Part shown: positions 62,036 through 62,155 of the stretch, in pieces
Layout of the letters: each line of letters opens with the position of its first letter
Position numbering within the stretch: position 1 is the first letter of the stretch
The notes under the pieces: model-generated
Database searches by the model: none
The model's input: only the letters and a program-made list of their open reading frames with translations
What the model was told of the DNA's origin: nothing
DNA from: Microgenomates group bacterium ADurb.Bin219
GTDB taxonomy: Bacteria; Patescibacteriota; Microgenomatia; UM-FILTER-40-11
Direction of reading: 5' to 3'
Length of the DNA stretch: 62,155 nucleotides
Assembly: GCA_002069945.1 (NCBI GenBank)
Contig: MWCH01000005.1
Span: 1-62,155 of the forward strand
Program-made: the position numbers and the translations under genes

Positions 62036-62155
62036 GTGCAGGTTCAATATAGCATAAATTCTCCGCTTCAGTCAATGTGATGTATCCGTTGCATACTTGT
62101 TGGACTTTTTAAGATAATCTACAACCGCTTTCATTGGTTCTTGGTTGTTTAGGGC

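Noticed and set aside
1-62155. Alternative genetic code (UGA recoding, as in some CPR lineages)
   Set aside because: TGA terminates many ORFs at positions consistent with conserved C-termini and overlapping ATGA junctions. No in-frame TGA interrupts a conserved gene, apart from the frame-broken ArnT-like locus.
62036-62155. Unassigned 120 nt at the window end
   Set aside because: No ORF of useful length and no tRNA-like fold or repeat is recognisable. It is probably the edge of a gene outside the window.

Overview
Compact 62-kb window, almost entirely plus-strand, using the standard code (TGA ends many conserved ORFs). The gene content suggests a Patescibacteria/CPR-type (Microgenomates-like) bacterium: short MurE N-terminus, many membrane glycosyltransferases, a DUF4012-like protein, LysM and zinc-ribbon small proteins, almost no metabolism. 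This assignment is inference only. Layout: (1) 1-13.8 kb surface-glycan locus with GT2/GT4 enzymes, an O-antigen-ligase-like protein, a frame-broken ArnT-like gene, manC-like, a priming sugar transferase and a DUF4012-like protein. Two zinc-ribbon ORFs and a PflX-like radical SAM gene sit inside it. (2) recO, glyQS, a lipoprotein. (3) 16.6-38.6 kb expanded dcw cluster: mraZ-rsmH-ftsL-ftsI-murE-[ATE/Bpt-like]-mpl/murC-like-murB-murA-ddl-murF-mraY-[NlpC/P60-like]-<[LysW-like 52 aa + 210 aa, minus strand]-[ThrC-like PLP enzyme + ATP-grasp ligase]-ftsW-murG-ftsQ-like-ftsA-ftsZ. No murD is present. (4) ileS, rodA-like, rplU-rpmA, parB, lepB, tRNA-Val. (5) A large secreted LamG/LCAT-like lipase. (6) 48.1-60.4 kb second glycan locus whose first ~7 kb is markedly AT-rich. 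(7) Minus-strand tRNA-Thr, tRNA-Gly, a LysM protein and tRNA-Asp. I saw no transposase, integrase, CRISPR array or recognisable defence genes. Three observations stand out. (a) A divergent LysW-like / ThrC-like / ATP-grasp module occupies the canonical murD slot. (b) An ATE/Bpt-like aminoacyl-tRNA transferase homolog sits inside the mur operon. (c) A pervasive family of phase-coherent degenerate heptamer (sometimes octamer) patches and small palindromes lies inside ORFs, across stop codons and in spacers. Some patches share identical 11-86 nt blocks between different genes. All functional calls rest on motif recognition by eye; no database search was run.
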